Shown here: positions 42,801 through 50,998 of the stretch, one piece after another
Layout of the letters: each line of letters begins with the position of its first letter
Position numbering within the stretch: the stretch's first letter is position 1
Origin: a virus
IMG/VR virus record: IMGVR_UViG_3300050821_005889
Reading direction: 5' to 3' (one strand)
Length of the DNA stretch: 64,000 bases
The notes under the pieces: model-generated
The model's input: only the letters and a program-made list of their open reading frames with translations
The model's database searches: none
Told to the model about the DNA's origin: nothing
Made by a program: the position numbers and the translations under genes

Positions 42801-45152
42801 AATGTATATCACCACATGGAAGACCCAACACTGACACTTACCGCAGACGAGATGGAGTTCAGGGATAAATATGTGGTTCCGGTGCTTAATGAGATTCAAG
42901 GGCTGTATCGTAAACTGGAAAAAATAGACCCTGAATCTGCGGCGGCGGCAATGAAAGATGCTGTTAATTATTTCCCGCGTCTGGCTAAAGACAAGCAGGG
43001 AATCATTGACCGTATAATAAATGGAACTAAATACATAACCGGCGGCGGCTTATTAGGTAAAACAGCATCTTCTCTTAAAAGCCGTATTTATAAAGCCCTT
43101 ACAGATAATAATGGCAACAGGACGCTTGTAACTATGAAGGATGGAAGGGTTACGGCTTTGCATGGATTTGACGAAGATGGCAATTCTGTAACACAAGACC
43201 TGGGTGGATTTAAAAGAAGTGATAAAGGTCTTAGTACAAAAGAACTGAGAGATAAACAACTTAATGATGACCTGGGCTATGATAAAAAGATGGGCAAATT
43301 ACAGGCGGAGAAGAAAAATATCCAACGCTTCGCTGATGACCCTAAAGGACAAAGAAGGCTTGATTACATTGAGAAGAAAATTAATGACCTCAATGCAGCG
43401 AAAGACAAGATAAATGAACATTATGACGGTGTGCAAAAAGTAGATGACCTTAATGCAGAACGCACAGACCTTCGCAATTCATTAATTACTATAAAGGATA
43501 AAGAGCAAAGACAACAAGTGCAGGCTCGTATTGCAGACCTTCGGAAACAATCAGAAGACCTGGAAAACCAGATGCCTAAATACTGGGTAGACAAAAACGG
43601 TAAGTTTTATTCTATAGGTGAAGCTACAACCAAAGAGATTGAAGAAAAGTCCCCTACTCAATATTATCATACCCCATTTGCAAACGTGATGTCATCCTAT
43701 CTTGACTTACAGAGGGCTGACACAGCAAATACATTTATTGACCACTTTAAAGAATCTCCAGAATTTAGTAAGATAGGCGTTCCTAAAGGCGACAAAACGG
43801 TTCCGGGAGATTGGCGCGAGGTATTACCTATACAATTTAAAGGATATGTTTTCGACCCTAAAACGGCGGCTAACTTAGATTTACTTTATCGCAATGGTAA
43901 AGCCGACCCACTTCAATCCCTTACTAATATAAATACATTCTTTCGGGATACTATAGTGCTTGGGCCGGGCGTAAAGCACTGGTATAATATTGCTGACCAA
44001 TGGATAAAACAGGGAGGTTTAGTTACAAGGTTAACTAACCCGGTACGCACCACTAAGGCCATGATGAAAGCGTTCCATGATGTATCTACGCAGAGCCCGG
44101 ATTATTTTAAAGCCCTTGAGAATGGAGCAGGGTTAATGTACCGGGAAACGCAGGACGCTTCTAACCTGCTGCTTAAAGTAGCGCTGGAGCAAAAGAATCA
44201 GACATGGTTCCAGAAGCTATCTGACAAGATGGGGTATGCTAATCCAGAAACATTATTTGAAGCACTTCGCAGCACTTCTCATAAATCTGCATTTTACGTA
44301 AATGATATGTTGGTTATGCAGGCTATAAACGAAGAGGTTGCAAAAGGTAAGCCGTGGAGCGAAGCTGTAAAGGAGGTTCATAAATATCTGCCGGATTACC
44401 AGATACCGGCTCAGGTGCTTGGCAGCGAGAACCTTGCAAAAGTCCTTCGCAACCCCAACCTGTTAACATTCGGCTCTTACCATTATAACATCATGGACTC
44501 ATACGCTAATATGGCAAACGACCTGGGCAGGGCAATGAGTAATTCAGGTATGAGTGCTGCAGATAGGGGGCTTGCTGTCGACCGGGTGGCCACTGCTGCA
44601 TTTATGCACTTTGCTTTCTATGCAGGACTTACGGCTCTGTATCATGCTGTTGGGGGAGATAAGGATAAAAAGATAGGGTCTTCCGGTGGCACTAAGTTCA
44701 TGGATGATGCTATAGATTTCATTAAAGGGAATAAGAATTTAAGACAGTTTGTTCAGGGGTATTTCATGCCAGCCGTAGGAACACAGGCTGCCGCAGAGCT
44801 GATAACCAATACCAAATTATCTCCTTACGAATCCGGTAATATATATACCCCCACCGATGTAAACAACCATCCCGGCGAAGCGCTTAAAGATATAGGCAAA
44901 TACCTTGAAACTAAAGTAGCACCACAGACATCACAGCTACAAAGCGGCAAACAGACCGCCGGTGATTTTATACAAGACCAATTACTCAATACAAAAATTG
45001 ACCGTACCGACCAGGAGCAGAAGTTTATGCAGCTCCTTCATGAAAGAGACCAGATAAACCAGAAGGTACATGACCTTAAGAAAAAGGGGAAGTATTCGGA
45101 GGCCACACAACTTCAACAACAGTATAACCAGGACTTGAATAATGCCAGGTAA
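39876..45152 (+). CDS. giant multidomain protein (1758 aa), candidate internal/ejection protein with embedded histidine-phosphatase-like segment
   Basis: Pro/Gln/Glu low-complexity N-terminal third. HVAMHGTTEDD...LSKEGIKDSKDTAQAV...ISHIISSPTERAMKTSKII (nt 41796..42000) resembles the RHG...SSPxxRAxxT phosphoglycerate-mutase-like pattern but has MHG. Central region is coiled-coil. Hydrophobic stretch near the C-terminus. Confidence 0.6.
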   Translation: MPNNKKPDPQDIQWDAPHPSDVTWDTPATPQPAPAMPAPAQQGGNIVPMWSHQQEPAPNAPLASTNYGVSETNQNAPAQPPLESSVPGQPDATDKALKRANDFIDQASEFLPEGNVKDVSTLAAKGALGAVQQFKQGSEQVAQAGGVQQGAQAIPTSQNAQVEQDASKENVAYSGVATIVGLGKMLMGVGALTVPEINAWNYGSAALAQSSPGVATQVNNFFSSKAEDDPNSPNFGKVIIPTGAAPIILDSNKPGQKAVLEFLDFLPQLVLGGMIAEGVSVDQANEIASKIKKGEVLTPQEDAIAAKGTQTYLSDPKNIITNETLGKIKPDLSDGKKVAVAPLIEQKQALEQRNVGLLESKGKLDSSFHDDVDKEVADNEKQIATLTQQIKTKANEKETTPGTAQGANTQADNRPGESQEGEGVGQQQLQGGVQGQQPGADTGTQPDTQETVASNEKPGIINAPTKQTSDALDVQEPSADGKGMGVGDTQPQGTTGKEEGSGNAKGAPKEEIKLESHPGFEAPDLKDYEGKDSDLFPEREWANNPDRVTMRDGNEVGTTFRQLAKQTQDGMKDVKDNAPDNTLITTHSKNGRMINALRKVGDDIDLDSDEGIKKVAKAYLAEPDIEKGEPQTTKLDNGKTVHVAMHGTTEDDLKDFNSGQSPVNLSKEGIKDSKDTAQAVEDKNISHIISSPTERAMKTSKIIQEHLNKQIAEQKSKEPVMSAEDFDKQGLNYGLQEDGTRMEPELNIKFKKPITNNQMRRINEVMDLPKGALSEDGKELTITNDSKTKTHDQFIADVAVLKNKLNEFKRVPTEINQRVRRLASEVEGGTEAATQPETGNKPAETEPANTNTVNTGSEGGQPEPVPGEPTGTTDAARPNQESEPVTQAAGFAGGAEPPQPPDVTREGVYDDTPDYNKSSSPVQDFLNDTRSAPKFERDIAQNVKQLNGINKANTLRAVKLMEMLPDKFKDPVLQENVYHHMEDPTLTLTADEMEFRDKYVVPVLNEIQGLYRKLEKIDPESAAAAMKDAVNYFPRLAKDKQGIIDRIINGTKYITGGGLLGKTASSLKSRIYKALTDNNGNRTLVTMKDGRVTALHGFDEDGNSVTQDLGGFKRSDKGLSTKELRDKQLNDDLGYDKKMGKLQAEKKNIQRFADDPKGQRRLDYIEKKINDLNAAKDKINEHYDGVQKVDDLNAERTDLRNSLITIKDKEQRQQVQARIADLRKQSEDLENQMPKYWVDKNGKFYSIGEATTKEIEEKSPTQYYHTPFANVMSSYLDLQRADTANTFIDHFKESPEFSKIGVPKGDKTVPGDWREVLPIQFKGYVFDPKTAANLDLLYRNGKADPLQSLTNINTFFRDTIVLGPGVKHWYNIADQWIKQGGLVTRLTNPVRTTKAMMKAFHDVSTQSPDYFKALENGAGLMYRETQDASNLLLKVALEQKNQTWFQKLSDKMGYANPETLFEALRSTSHKSAFYVNDMLVMQAINEEVAKGKPWSEAVKEVHKYLPDYQIPAQVLGSENLAKVLRNPNLLTFGSYHYNIMDSYANMANDLGRAMSNSGMSAADRGLAVDRVATAAFMHFAFYAGLTALYHAVGGDKDKKIGSSGGTKFMDDAIDFIKGNKNLRQFVQGYFMPAVGTQAAAELITNTKLSPYESGNIYTPTDVNNHPGEALKDIGKYLETKVAPQTSQLQSGKQTAGDFIQDQLLNTKIDRTDQEQKFMQLLHERDQINQKVHDLKKKGKYSEATQLQQQYNQDLNNAR

Positions 45153-45158
45153 TCATAC

Positions 45159-45166
45159 TATATTTG
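45159..45166 (+). promoter_or_regulatory. -7 box TATATTTG, 4 nt from the ATG
   Basis: TATATTTG-TAGT-ATG(45171). Nearly identical to the context at 55619. Confidence 0.35.
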
Positions 45167-45170
45167 TAGT

Positions 45171-45398
45171 ATGTATCAAATGCTACTAACACTACTTGCT
45201 GAACTGGGCGCACGTCAGCATAAATTGATTGTTACATTCGGGAAGACCCTCACAGAAGAGGATTTAATTTCTATGGAGCTCACTATATTTTCCAAAAATG
45301 TACATAAGTTTACTTCTGTTAAATTCAACAAGGATAAAGATGCAGCGCTGGATGCAGCATCAAAAGAAGTACTTGTCAAGATTCTTAAAGATTTCTAA
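45171..45398 (+). CDS. hypothetical protein (75 aa)
   Basis: Last gene of the rightward block. Its stop overlaps the convergent gene's stop. Confidence 0.55.
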   Translation: MYQMLLTLLAELGARQHKLIVTFGKTLTEEDLISMELTIFSKNVHKFTSVKFNKDKDAALDAASKEVLVKILKDF

Positions 45399-45838
45399 AC
45401 CGTCTCCCCTACAGCATGCACCGTAAGCATGAATGGTTCTCCGCCAAACAAATCATGTATAGCATCGAAGGCGACAGTACTGCTGAGTATATCGGGCTCT
45501 GTGTCACCGGGCAGTTCTCCATAAGACAATCCGGGAGCAACACAGCCCTCAAGCTGAGATACCTTATTGGCCGGGTGAATCCTGATACCGGAACGGTTAG
45601 GAACATTCTGTAACTCATACGTGAATACATTATGCCCTGCCAGGATAGTAAGGTGCGGACTAAGATTCCATATACACTGGTAAACTCCTGGTGGAATACA
45701 ACTGACATCCGGGTCGTTATTTAACCACGGGCGCTCCAGGGTAAGGCATTTATATTGCCCTGTCTGGCTATTCCCTGTAAATGAACCACGGGTTTCTGTA
45801 CCATTATCCGTGTTGCGGTATAGGTCTGCTGTATTCAT
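45395..45838 (-). CDS. DUF5675-like / YkuD-fold putative cell-wall peptidase (endolysin candidate)
   Basis: 147 aa. TLERPWLNNDPDVSCIPPGVY ... VPNRSGIRIHPANKVSQLEGCVAPG matches the TLE...ScIPaGxY...gIxIHxgN...GCi pattern. Lies next to four membrane-protein genes. Confidence 0.5.
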   Translation of the reverse strand: MNTADLYRNTDNGTETRGSFTGNSQTGQYKCLTLERPWLNNDPDVSCIPPGVYQCIWNLSPHLTILAGHNVFTYELQNVPNRSGIRIHPANKVSQLEGCVAPGLSYGELPGDTEPDILSSTVAFDAIHDLFGGEPFMLTVHAVGETV

Positions 45839-46035
45839 GATTTTTTATTTTCAAGTGCGGCTAAACGTTTTGTTATTTCGTCCCTGACAAACCGTTCCAT
45901 TTCATCTTTGCAATCATTAAGCTCCTGCTGTAAGGCAGACCTGTCAGCCTTAGCTGCCTTCTTGCTTTGATTGTACTGGTTCATAATAAGAGTTATCACA
46001 CTTATTATTATTGCTATGAGCGCTCCTTTATCCAT
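45835..46035 (-). CDS. TM + coiled-coil protein (66 aa), holin/spanin-like
   Basis: ATG at 46035 (MDKGALIAIIISVITLIMNQ...). The track ORF to 46140 would overlap the upstream gene by 113 nt. Confidence 0.5.
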   Translation of the reverse strand: MDKGALIAIIISVITLIMNQYNQSKKAAKADRSALQQELNDCKDEMERFVRDEITKRLAALENKKS

Positions 46036-46429
46036 CGTCCCTGTGATAAATATAAATAGCCCAACCATGAAAAAAGGCAAAGCCAACCTTGAATAAATAA
46101 TCAATCCCCTGTGCCATCTGGCCGTGAGATACAGCAACAAATGAATTTACCATTACCCACACGGCAACCTGTGTAAGTATTAATTGCTGAGGGAACAATA
46201 ACAGCACGCCAAGTAATGAATGTTTAATATTCATGGCTATAAACGGAAGGAAAGAAGATGTAAAAAGAACCGTACACATAATAGTATATCCCGGTATGAT
46301 TTCATGTATAGCCCTTATGCTAAGTGTGTCTTTAGAAGCCGGGTCTACAAGCAATGCTACAGCCCACCATATATGAACCAGTGACGAATAGTATATTATC
46401 GCCTTTTTGTATATGCTAAATGTGAGCAT
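46028..46429 (-). CDS. multi-pass membrane protein (133 aa), holin-like
   Basis: The track start 46444 is TTG. The ATG at 46429 forms a TAATG overlap with the upstream stop. About 4 hydrophobic segments. Confidence 0.5.
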   Translation of the reverse strand: MLTFSIYKKAIIYYSSLVHIWWAVALLVDPASKDTLSIRAIHEIIPGYTIMCTVLFTSSFLPFIAMNIKHSLLGVLLLFPQQLILTQVAVWVMVNSFVAVSHGQMAQGIDYLFKVGFAFFHGWAIYIYHRDDG

Positions 46430-46617
46430 TAGTATCTGTGCCAATGTCCAAGTCCGTCAAATACCCCGAAGTATTGCAATACAATTAGAAGCAGTATTAA
46501 AAGGAGTATTACTATTACCCAATTTTTTCTTGGTTGAGCTATAGGCAGGTAATTTATTATAGCTCCGGCTATAACAATTACAATGGCTAACAATATTAAA
46601 AATTCAATTATTCCCAT
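46429..46617 (-). CDS. two-TM small membrane protein (62 aa)
   Basis: MGIIEFLILLAIVIVIAGAIINYL...VIVILLLILLLIVLQYF. Confidence 0.5.
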   Translation of the reverse strand: MGIIEFLILLAIVIVIAGAIINYLPIAQPRKNWVIVILLLILLLIVLQYFGVFDGLGHWHRY

Positions 46618-46627
46618 GTGAATTATT

Positions 46628-46939
46628 TTAAGGCGTTACAGTTGTGGTTGCGGGTGGGGCAGTAGCTGCGGCATCAGCATTAGATTGCATTTTTTCCCAA
46701 TCCACAGAAAGCATAGAAAGAATAGACCCTATTCCACCTATAGCCACTCCATGAGTTGCCAGGGTATAAACGAAGTGTGGGAGCCCGGTCATGACCAGGA
46801 CGCTGCCACTTGCTCCGCCAATTGTTAAAAGGATGGCCAGCATCTTCTTCCAGAATACAGGCATTGGCGCTTTAATTCGTTGCCACAGGGAGCGAATTGT
46901 TATCTTGTCCCTGTTGGCCAGCAGACTTAGGTTGTTCAT
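46628..46939 (-). CDS. membrane protein (103 aa)
   Basis: Two or three hydrophobic segments. Ala/Thr-rich tail. Confidence 0.55.
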   Translation of the reverse strand: MNNLSLLANRDKITIRSLWQRIKAPMPVFWKKMLAILLTIGGASGSVLVMTGLPHFVYTLATHGVAIGGIGSILSMLSVDWEKMQSNADAAATAPPATTTVTP

Positions 46940-47020
46940 GTCGGATTGGTTTTTTTCTTCTGAATGCGTGAATTAGAAACAAAAGTATTAATACGTCGAA
47001 AATTAAGAAAACTATTTCTT

Positions 47021-47320
47021 TCATAGAAATTGAGATTTGAACAGTGAATTGTCATCATCTGCACGTATAAATTTATCGCGCTCCATAGCCTCTTTTATCT
47101 TTTCCCGGTAGGCTGACTTATATTCTTCCCCTATACTGCTTTCGCTAAGAACCTCATGTATGGTCATTACAGTAAGGCGTAACAACTTATTCTCCCTCTG
47201 CCTCCTGTTTGCCTTAAGGTTAAGGGTTCTTAATGCCCAGGCACAGGTACCCATAAATATAGTTATAACCAGGTCTTTAACCAGGGCTACATTATCATCA
47301 GAGAGTATGTCAAGCAGCAT
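47021..47320 (-). CDS. membrane-anchored protein (99 aa)
   Basis: N-terminal TM segment (VKDLVITIFMGTCAWAL) followed by a charged helical part. Confidence 0.55.
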   Translation of the reverse strand: MLLDILSDDNVALVKDLVITIFMGTCAWALRTLNLKANRRQRENKLLRLTVMTIHEVLSESSIGEEYKSAYREKIKEAMERDKFIRADDDNSLFKSQFL

Positions 47321-47328
47321 GGCGATAT

Positions 47329-47733
47329 TTATGTTACAGTTAAATTAAGGGTCATATCGTTATTAAGTCCTCCAAGCTCATATACACACCACATGAGTAT
47401 ATCTTTTAATTGTGTGTTTGTGTAAGTGGTAGTAAGGACATTAGTTCCATTTAAAGCTACCAGCGCAGCAATGACATCGTTTCGTTTTGTTATAATTGCC
47501 GTCATAGCAGCCGTAGGAGTAAGGTCTGATACGCTGAATGTTTTGCTTGCCAGGTTAGAGGCGGAGGGTGACCAGGTATAGGTATCAGCCTTATTTACAC
47601 TACCAATACTAAACCCATAAGGCAACGTAGAATCCTGCACCGTAATTATTACAGAATTGGAATCCGTAAATACTACGTTTCCAGTTCCTGTTATAACAGG
47701 CGGATTTGTGTTCCAGTTTATTGCTATCTGCAT
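47329..47733 (-). CDS. hypothetical tail-fibre-associated protein (134 aa)
   Basis: Starts 1 nt after the tail-fibre stop. Confidence 0.65.
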   Translation of the reverse strand: MQIAINWNTNPPVITGTGNVVFTDSNSVIITVQDSTLPYGFSIGSVNKADTYTWSPSASNLASKTFSVSDLTPTAAMTAIITKRNDVIAALVALNGTNVLTTTYTNTQLKDILMWCVYELGGLNNDMTLNLTVT

Positions 47734-47734
47734 A

Positions 47735-49606
47735 TTATGATGTCCTCCAAAGTGAAATTAAATTGAATGTAAAGGCATAATTGCTACTGCTTGAATTTTT
47801 ACCTGTTACTTTAATGGATAAGGTATGTTTCCCTGCCGTTACTACCTGTCCTGTGATAGTAAGATAATAGGCTCCTGTTGGGGCGGAAGACAAATATCCA
47901 TCTGCTGTTCCTATACTCGTTCCGTCTAATAAAAAGGCTATCTGTCCCCTGTTGGTTCCTTTGAAATATTGAATATTGAAAGTGTAGGTTCCCGCACTGG
48001 TTCCTACAATAAAATTTATCTGGTCATTAATCGTTACCGAGCTATTATAAAAATCTCCGTTAAGTAATTCGTTTACCACCTCGCTTACCCATGTACCCTG
48101 TGTTGTAGATGATGCGTTAGCGGGATATAATGTAAGATGAGCGTCGTGATAACTTATATTATCAACATAGGCATCTGTGGCCACTTTAGTATCATTACTG
48201 CCCACTGATTGAGTGGTAGCTATAGTTCCGTTAACAAGAGCTGTACTTATACTCCATACACCGGCAGCTACCTGTGCAATACCGGTAGATGCAGATGTAT
48301 TTATTCCTGTTCCTCCGTATGTTGATGATATTGCTGTCCCGTTCCACGTCCCGGAAGTTATCGTTCCCACAGTGGCTATATCTGTACCTACTAATTTAGA
48401 GGCGGCTATAGAACCGGCAAGCATGGCATTTGTTACAACTCCGGCTCCTATAGTAGTGGCAATAGAGGTGGTTCCTGAACCAGTAACATTTCCAGATAAT
48501 GTTATTGATTGGTTCGCTGTAAGGTATCCGCTATCATTAGTCCACTGCGATATATTTCCGGTCTTATTACTTAATGCCTGGCTGCCTGTAAGGGTTACCA
48601 CACTGGAGCCTATATCAAAAACATTAGAAGAACTTATAGTGATATGGTTTGCCGTACCGGTAAGAGGAACCGCCCCGGTGAGCAAATTAACAGAGCTCAC
48701 CCCTGTAGTTAGGGCTCCTATATTCCCATTAAGTTTCTCAATCGCCGACAGGACAGAATCGGTAGCTGAAATTGTTCCGGCTCCAGAAACATAACCTGTT
48801 ATAGCCTGTCCTGTGACTGAGGTATTGGTTAGTGAAACAGTAATAGACGTTGTTCCGGTTCCTGTAGCTCCACCAGATAACGTTATTGATTGATTGGCTG
48901 TGAGGTAACCTGCGTCATTAGTAAACGAAGAAACGTTTGTTGGAAAGGTTGCAAGGCTTAAGTCGCCCCTGAAATACTGGGCAGTAGTTCCTGTGGTGAT
49001 AGCTGCCTGCTTTCCATTAAATGTATTCCAGTCCGTATGACTCAGGTACCCATCTGTTGTAGTATTGGCTTTTGTGATTGATAACGTCAGGTCAGCAGAC
49101 AGGTTCCCGCCACCGGATAGCGGCGCTGTGGTTCCTATGTTCCTTGAGGTGGGAACATACCCGGTAACAGAGGTAAGATACCCCACATCGTTTGTCCATT
49201 GGGAAATAAGGCCGCTCTTATTGGTGAGGGTGTCAGAAGAGGATGCTGTTATATAGCCTGGGTCGTTTGTAAAGGAAGATAGGCTGGTAGGGAAGGTGGC
49301 CAGCGATAGGTCACCACGGAAATACTGTGCCGTAGTACCAAGTGTTATAAGCGCCTGTTTAGCATTGAGGGCATCCTGTAAATCTGTTTGATTGGACAGT
49401 GTTCCGGTTATGTTACCCCAGGTTGCAGAAGTGGAAGAGGAGGATGTTTTCTGGTATGGAACCAGTGTTCCAAGTTTAGTTCCTATATAAATTATTCCAT
49501 CTGTACCAAAATATATAAAGTCCTCAATGATGAGCTGTTTATTCTGCTTCGTTTGCCTTAGCAGTGGAGGCGACTGTAAATATAATTGGGCATTGATGGT
49601 TTGCAT
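47735..49606 (-). CDS. tail fibre protein with internal repeats
   Basis: 623 aa. Duplicated modules GTTAQYFRGDLSLATFPT..SSFTND.GY.TA and NK[ST]G.ISQWTND.GYLT(ANQSITLSG). Contains the motif SIAASKLVGTDIATVGTITSGTWNGTAISSTYGGTG and a jelly-roll-like C-terminus. Confidence 0.7.
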   Translation of the reverse strand: MQTINAQLYLQSPPLLRQTKQNKQLIIEDFIYFGTDGIIYIGTKLGTLVPYQKTSSSSTSATWGNITGTLSNQTDLQDALNAKQALITLGTTAQYFRGDLSLATFPTSLSSFTNDPGYITASSSDTLTNKSGLISQWTNDVGYLTSVTGYVPTSRNIGTTAPLSGGGNLSADLTLSITKANTTTDGYLSHTDWNTFNGKQAAITTGTTAQYFRGDLSLATFPTNVSSFTNDAGYLTANQSITLSGGATGTGTTSITVSLTNTSVTGQAITGYVSGAGTISATDSVLSAIEKLNGNIGALTTGVSSVNLLTGAVPLTGTANHITISSSNVFDIGSSVVTLTGSQALSNKTGNISQWTNDSGYLTANQSITLSGNVTGSGTTSIATTIGAGVVTNAMLAGSIAASKLVGTDIATVGTITSGTWNGTAISSTYGGTGINTSASTGIAQVAAGVWSISTALVNGTIATTQSVGSNDTKVATDAYVDNISYHDAHLTLYPANASSTTQGTWVSEVVNELLNGDFYNSSVTINDQINFIVGTSAGTYTFNIQYFKGTNRGQIAFLLDGTSIGTADGYLSSAPTGAYYLTITGQVVTAGKHTLSIKVTGKNSSSSNYAFTFNLISLWRTS

Positions 49607-49624
49607 TTGATACCATAAATTAAC

Positions 49625-50164
49625 TTACATTAACCTTCTCCATTTAATTGAATTTGCATCCCATGCCCACATAACTACAAGACCGGCAGTTGCGGATGTT
49701 AATGGGCTTTCTATTGTACCTGCACCAGATGACATTGTTAGTAATGTTACTGCCGGGACAAAACGTATCATAACAATTCCCTGCAAACTGGAATCTACTG
49801 TGCCAAAACTAATAGAACCGCTTGTAATAGTTCCGGTTCCATCCAGTATCATAATTACATCATATCCATTATTAGGGAAATTAATACCAACAGAAAAACT
49901 ATTTGTAATAGTGGTGCCAACGATATATCTCGAAGATATTGTTGGTTTATTTTTAATATAATCAACAGCCGCAGAATTACTCTCATTCCAATCTGACTGC
50001 ACTTGTACTAATCCGGCACTATCGTCTATTTTATTATAAGTAGAATCAATTATATTTTGAAGAGTAATCCTACCTACATCACCAGACAGTGAATTGCGAC
50101 GACTATTATTAAATGTATTATTATTTACTATAGAAGTCAGTTCGGCTCTTGAAAATTGTGGCAT
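49625..50164 (-). CDS. tail-fibre-module protein (179 aa)
   Basis: Same-strand neighbour of the fibre gene. Ser/Thr/Gly/Asn-rich. Confidence 0.65.
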   Translation of the reverse strand: MPQFSRAELTSIVNNNTFNNSRRNSLSGDVGRITLQNIIDSTYNKIDDSAGLVQVQSDWNESNSAAVDYIKNKPTISSRYIVGTTITNSFSVGINFPNNGYDVIMILDGTGTITSGSISFGTVDSSLQGIVMIRFVPAVTLLTMSSGAGTIESPLTSATAGLVVMWAWDANSIKWRRLM

Positions 50165-50190
50165 GTCTTATGTTTTTTAATGTTGGTATT

Positions 50191-50616
50191 CTAAAGCCAT
50201 GAAGTTGTTGCACTGTCATAAACCAGTTTCACATAACCATCCTTAGCAATGGTAGTAGGGGCAGAAACAACCGTCCCGCCGGTAAATGTAACAGCCGTCA
50301 ATACCTGGGTAGATTTAATTTCTATGGTATCATTGTTTTTTGGAGATGCAGGAAGGGCAAAAGTTAATGCCGCAAGTGTCCCTGCCGGGTTAATCAGGTT
50401 GTAGTTATTGACTTGAAGGGTTACCGTTCCGGTTGTAACGGGTATAAATATTACGTGAGGTAGTTGCCCGTTATCATCTACAATGTTTTCCATAGAAGCT
50501 ATACATATTTCCATGAAGGCTCCTATGTCACTGGTGTCAGAACCTCTCTGGGAGGCTATGTATTTTATGTTATAAAGGGCTGTTAGTAACCCTGTTCTGC
50601 CCGTTGGATTTGCCAT
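50191..50616 (-). CDS. tail-fibre-module protein (141 aa)
   Basis: ATG at 50616. Confidence 0.65.
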   Translation of the reverse strand: MANPTGRTGLLTALYNIKYIASQRGSDTSDIGAFMEICIASMENIVDDNGQLPHVIFIPVTTGTVTLQVNNYNLINPAGTLAALTFALPASPKNNDTIEIKSTQVLTAVTFTGGTVVSAPTTIAKDGYVKLVYDSATTSWL

Positions 50617-50619
50617 TGT

Positions 50620-50653
50620 CTGTATTTTTTGTAAAAGTCATCAGAAAATACAG
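50620..50653 (-). terminator. AT-rich hairpin between the regulator and fibre genes
   Basis: CTGTATTTT-16 nt-AAAATACAG, a 9-bp stem. Confidence 0.3.
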
Positions 50654-50671
50654 CATATAGAAACGCTTTTA

Positions 50672-50998
50672 TTAATCAATATTCAAATCATCGGGCTTGT
50701 TAAGAGACGCCTCTCTTTTGATTTTAACTTTATTCTCCACTTCGTTTCTTACCACCCCGTTTATATAGTCATGATACTTCTGCATCTCGGTACGCAGTTT
50801 AAGGTACCTGCGCCGGAACTCCATAACCTCTTCGTTAATATTTTTAACTTCCAGGTTGGCAAGTGGGATAGCAAGCTCCATCATCATTGCGCATAACTCC
50901 TTATAAGTAAGAAGGTTCTGTGGAAATGTACTATCCCGGTCAAGCAAGCTCCTTATTTTTAACGTAGCCTTGCTGTGCCGAACCTTTTTGACGCCCAT
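50672..50998 (-). CDS. hypothetical protein, start uncertain (50998, 51052 or 51082)
   Basis: The track ORF 50672..51082 overlaps the end of the upstream gene. Helical, charged. Confidence 0.45.
   Translation of the reverse strand: MGVKKVRHSKATLKIRSLLDRDSTFPQNLLTYKELCAMMMELAIPLANLEVKNINEEVMEFRRRYLKLRTEMQKYHDYINGVVRNEVENKVKIKREASLNKPDDLNID

Noticed and set aside
32211-45152. Stop-codon reassignment (TAG or TGA recoding, as in some Bacteroidota phages)
   Set aside because: ORFs of 5.1 and 5.3 kb, and all other late genes, are uninterrupted under the standard code. Gene boundaries fit standard stops.
46872-47024. 50-codon minus-strand ORF starting with an ATGA overlap at 47024 (MKEIVFLIFDVLILLFLIHAFRRKKPIRH...)
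   Set aside because: The first 24 residues look like the other TM micro-proteins. However, the frame runs about 70 nt into the next gene (46628..46939), so the true extent is unclear. Not reported as a feature.
47735-49606. Diversity-generating retroelement (TR/VR pair) in the tail fibre
   Set aside because: The internal repeats differ at all base types, not just at adenines. No reverse transcriptase ORF exists in the window.
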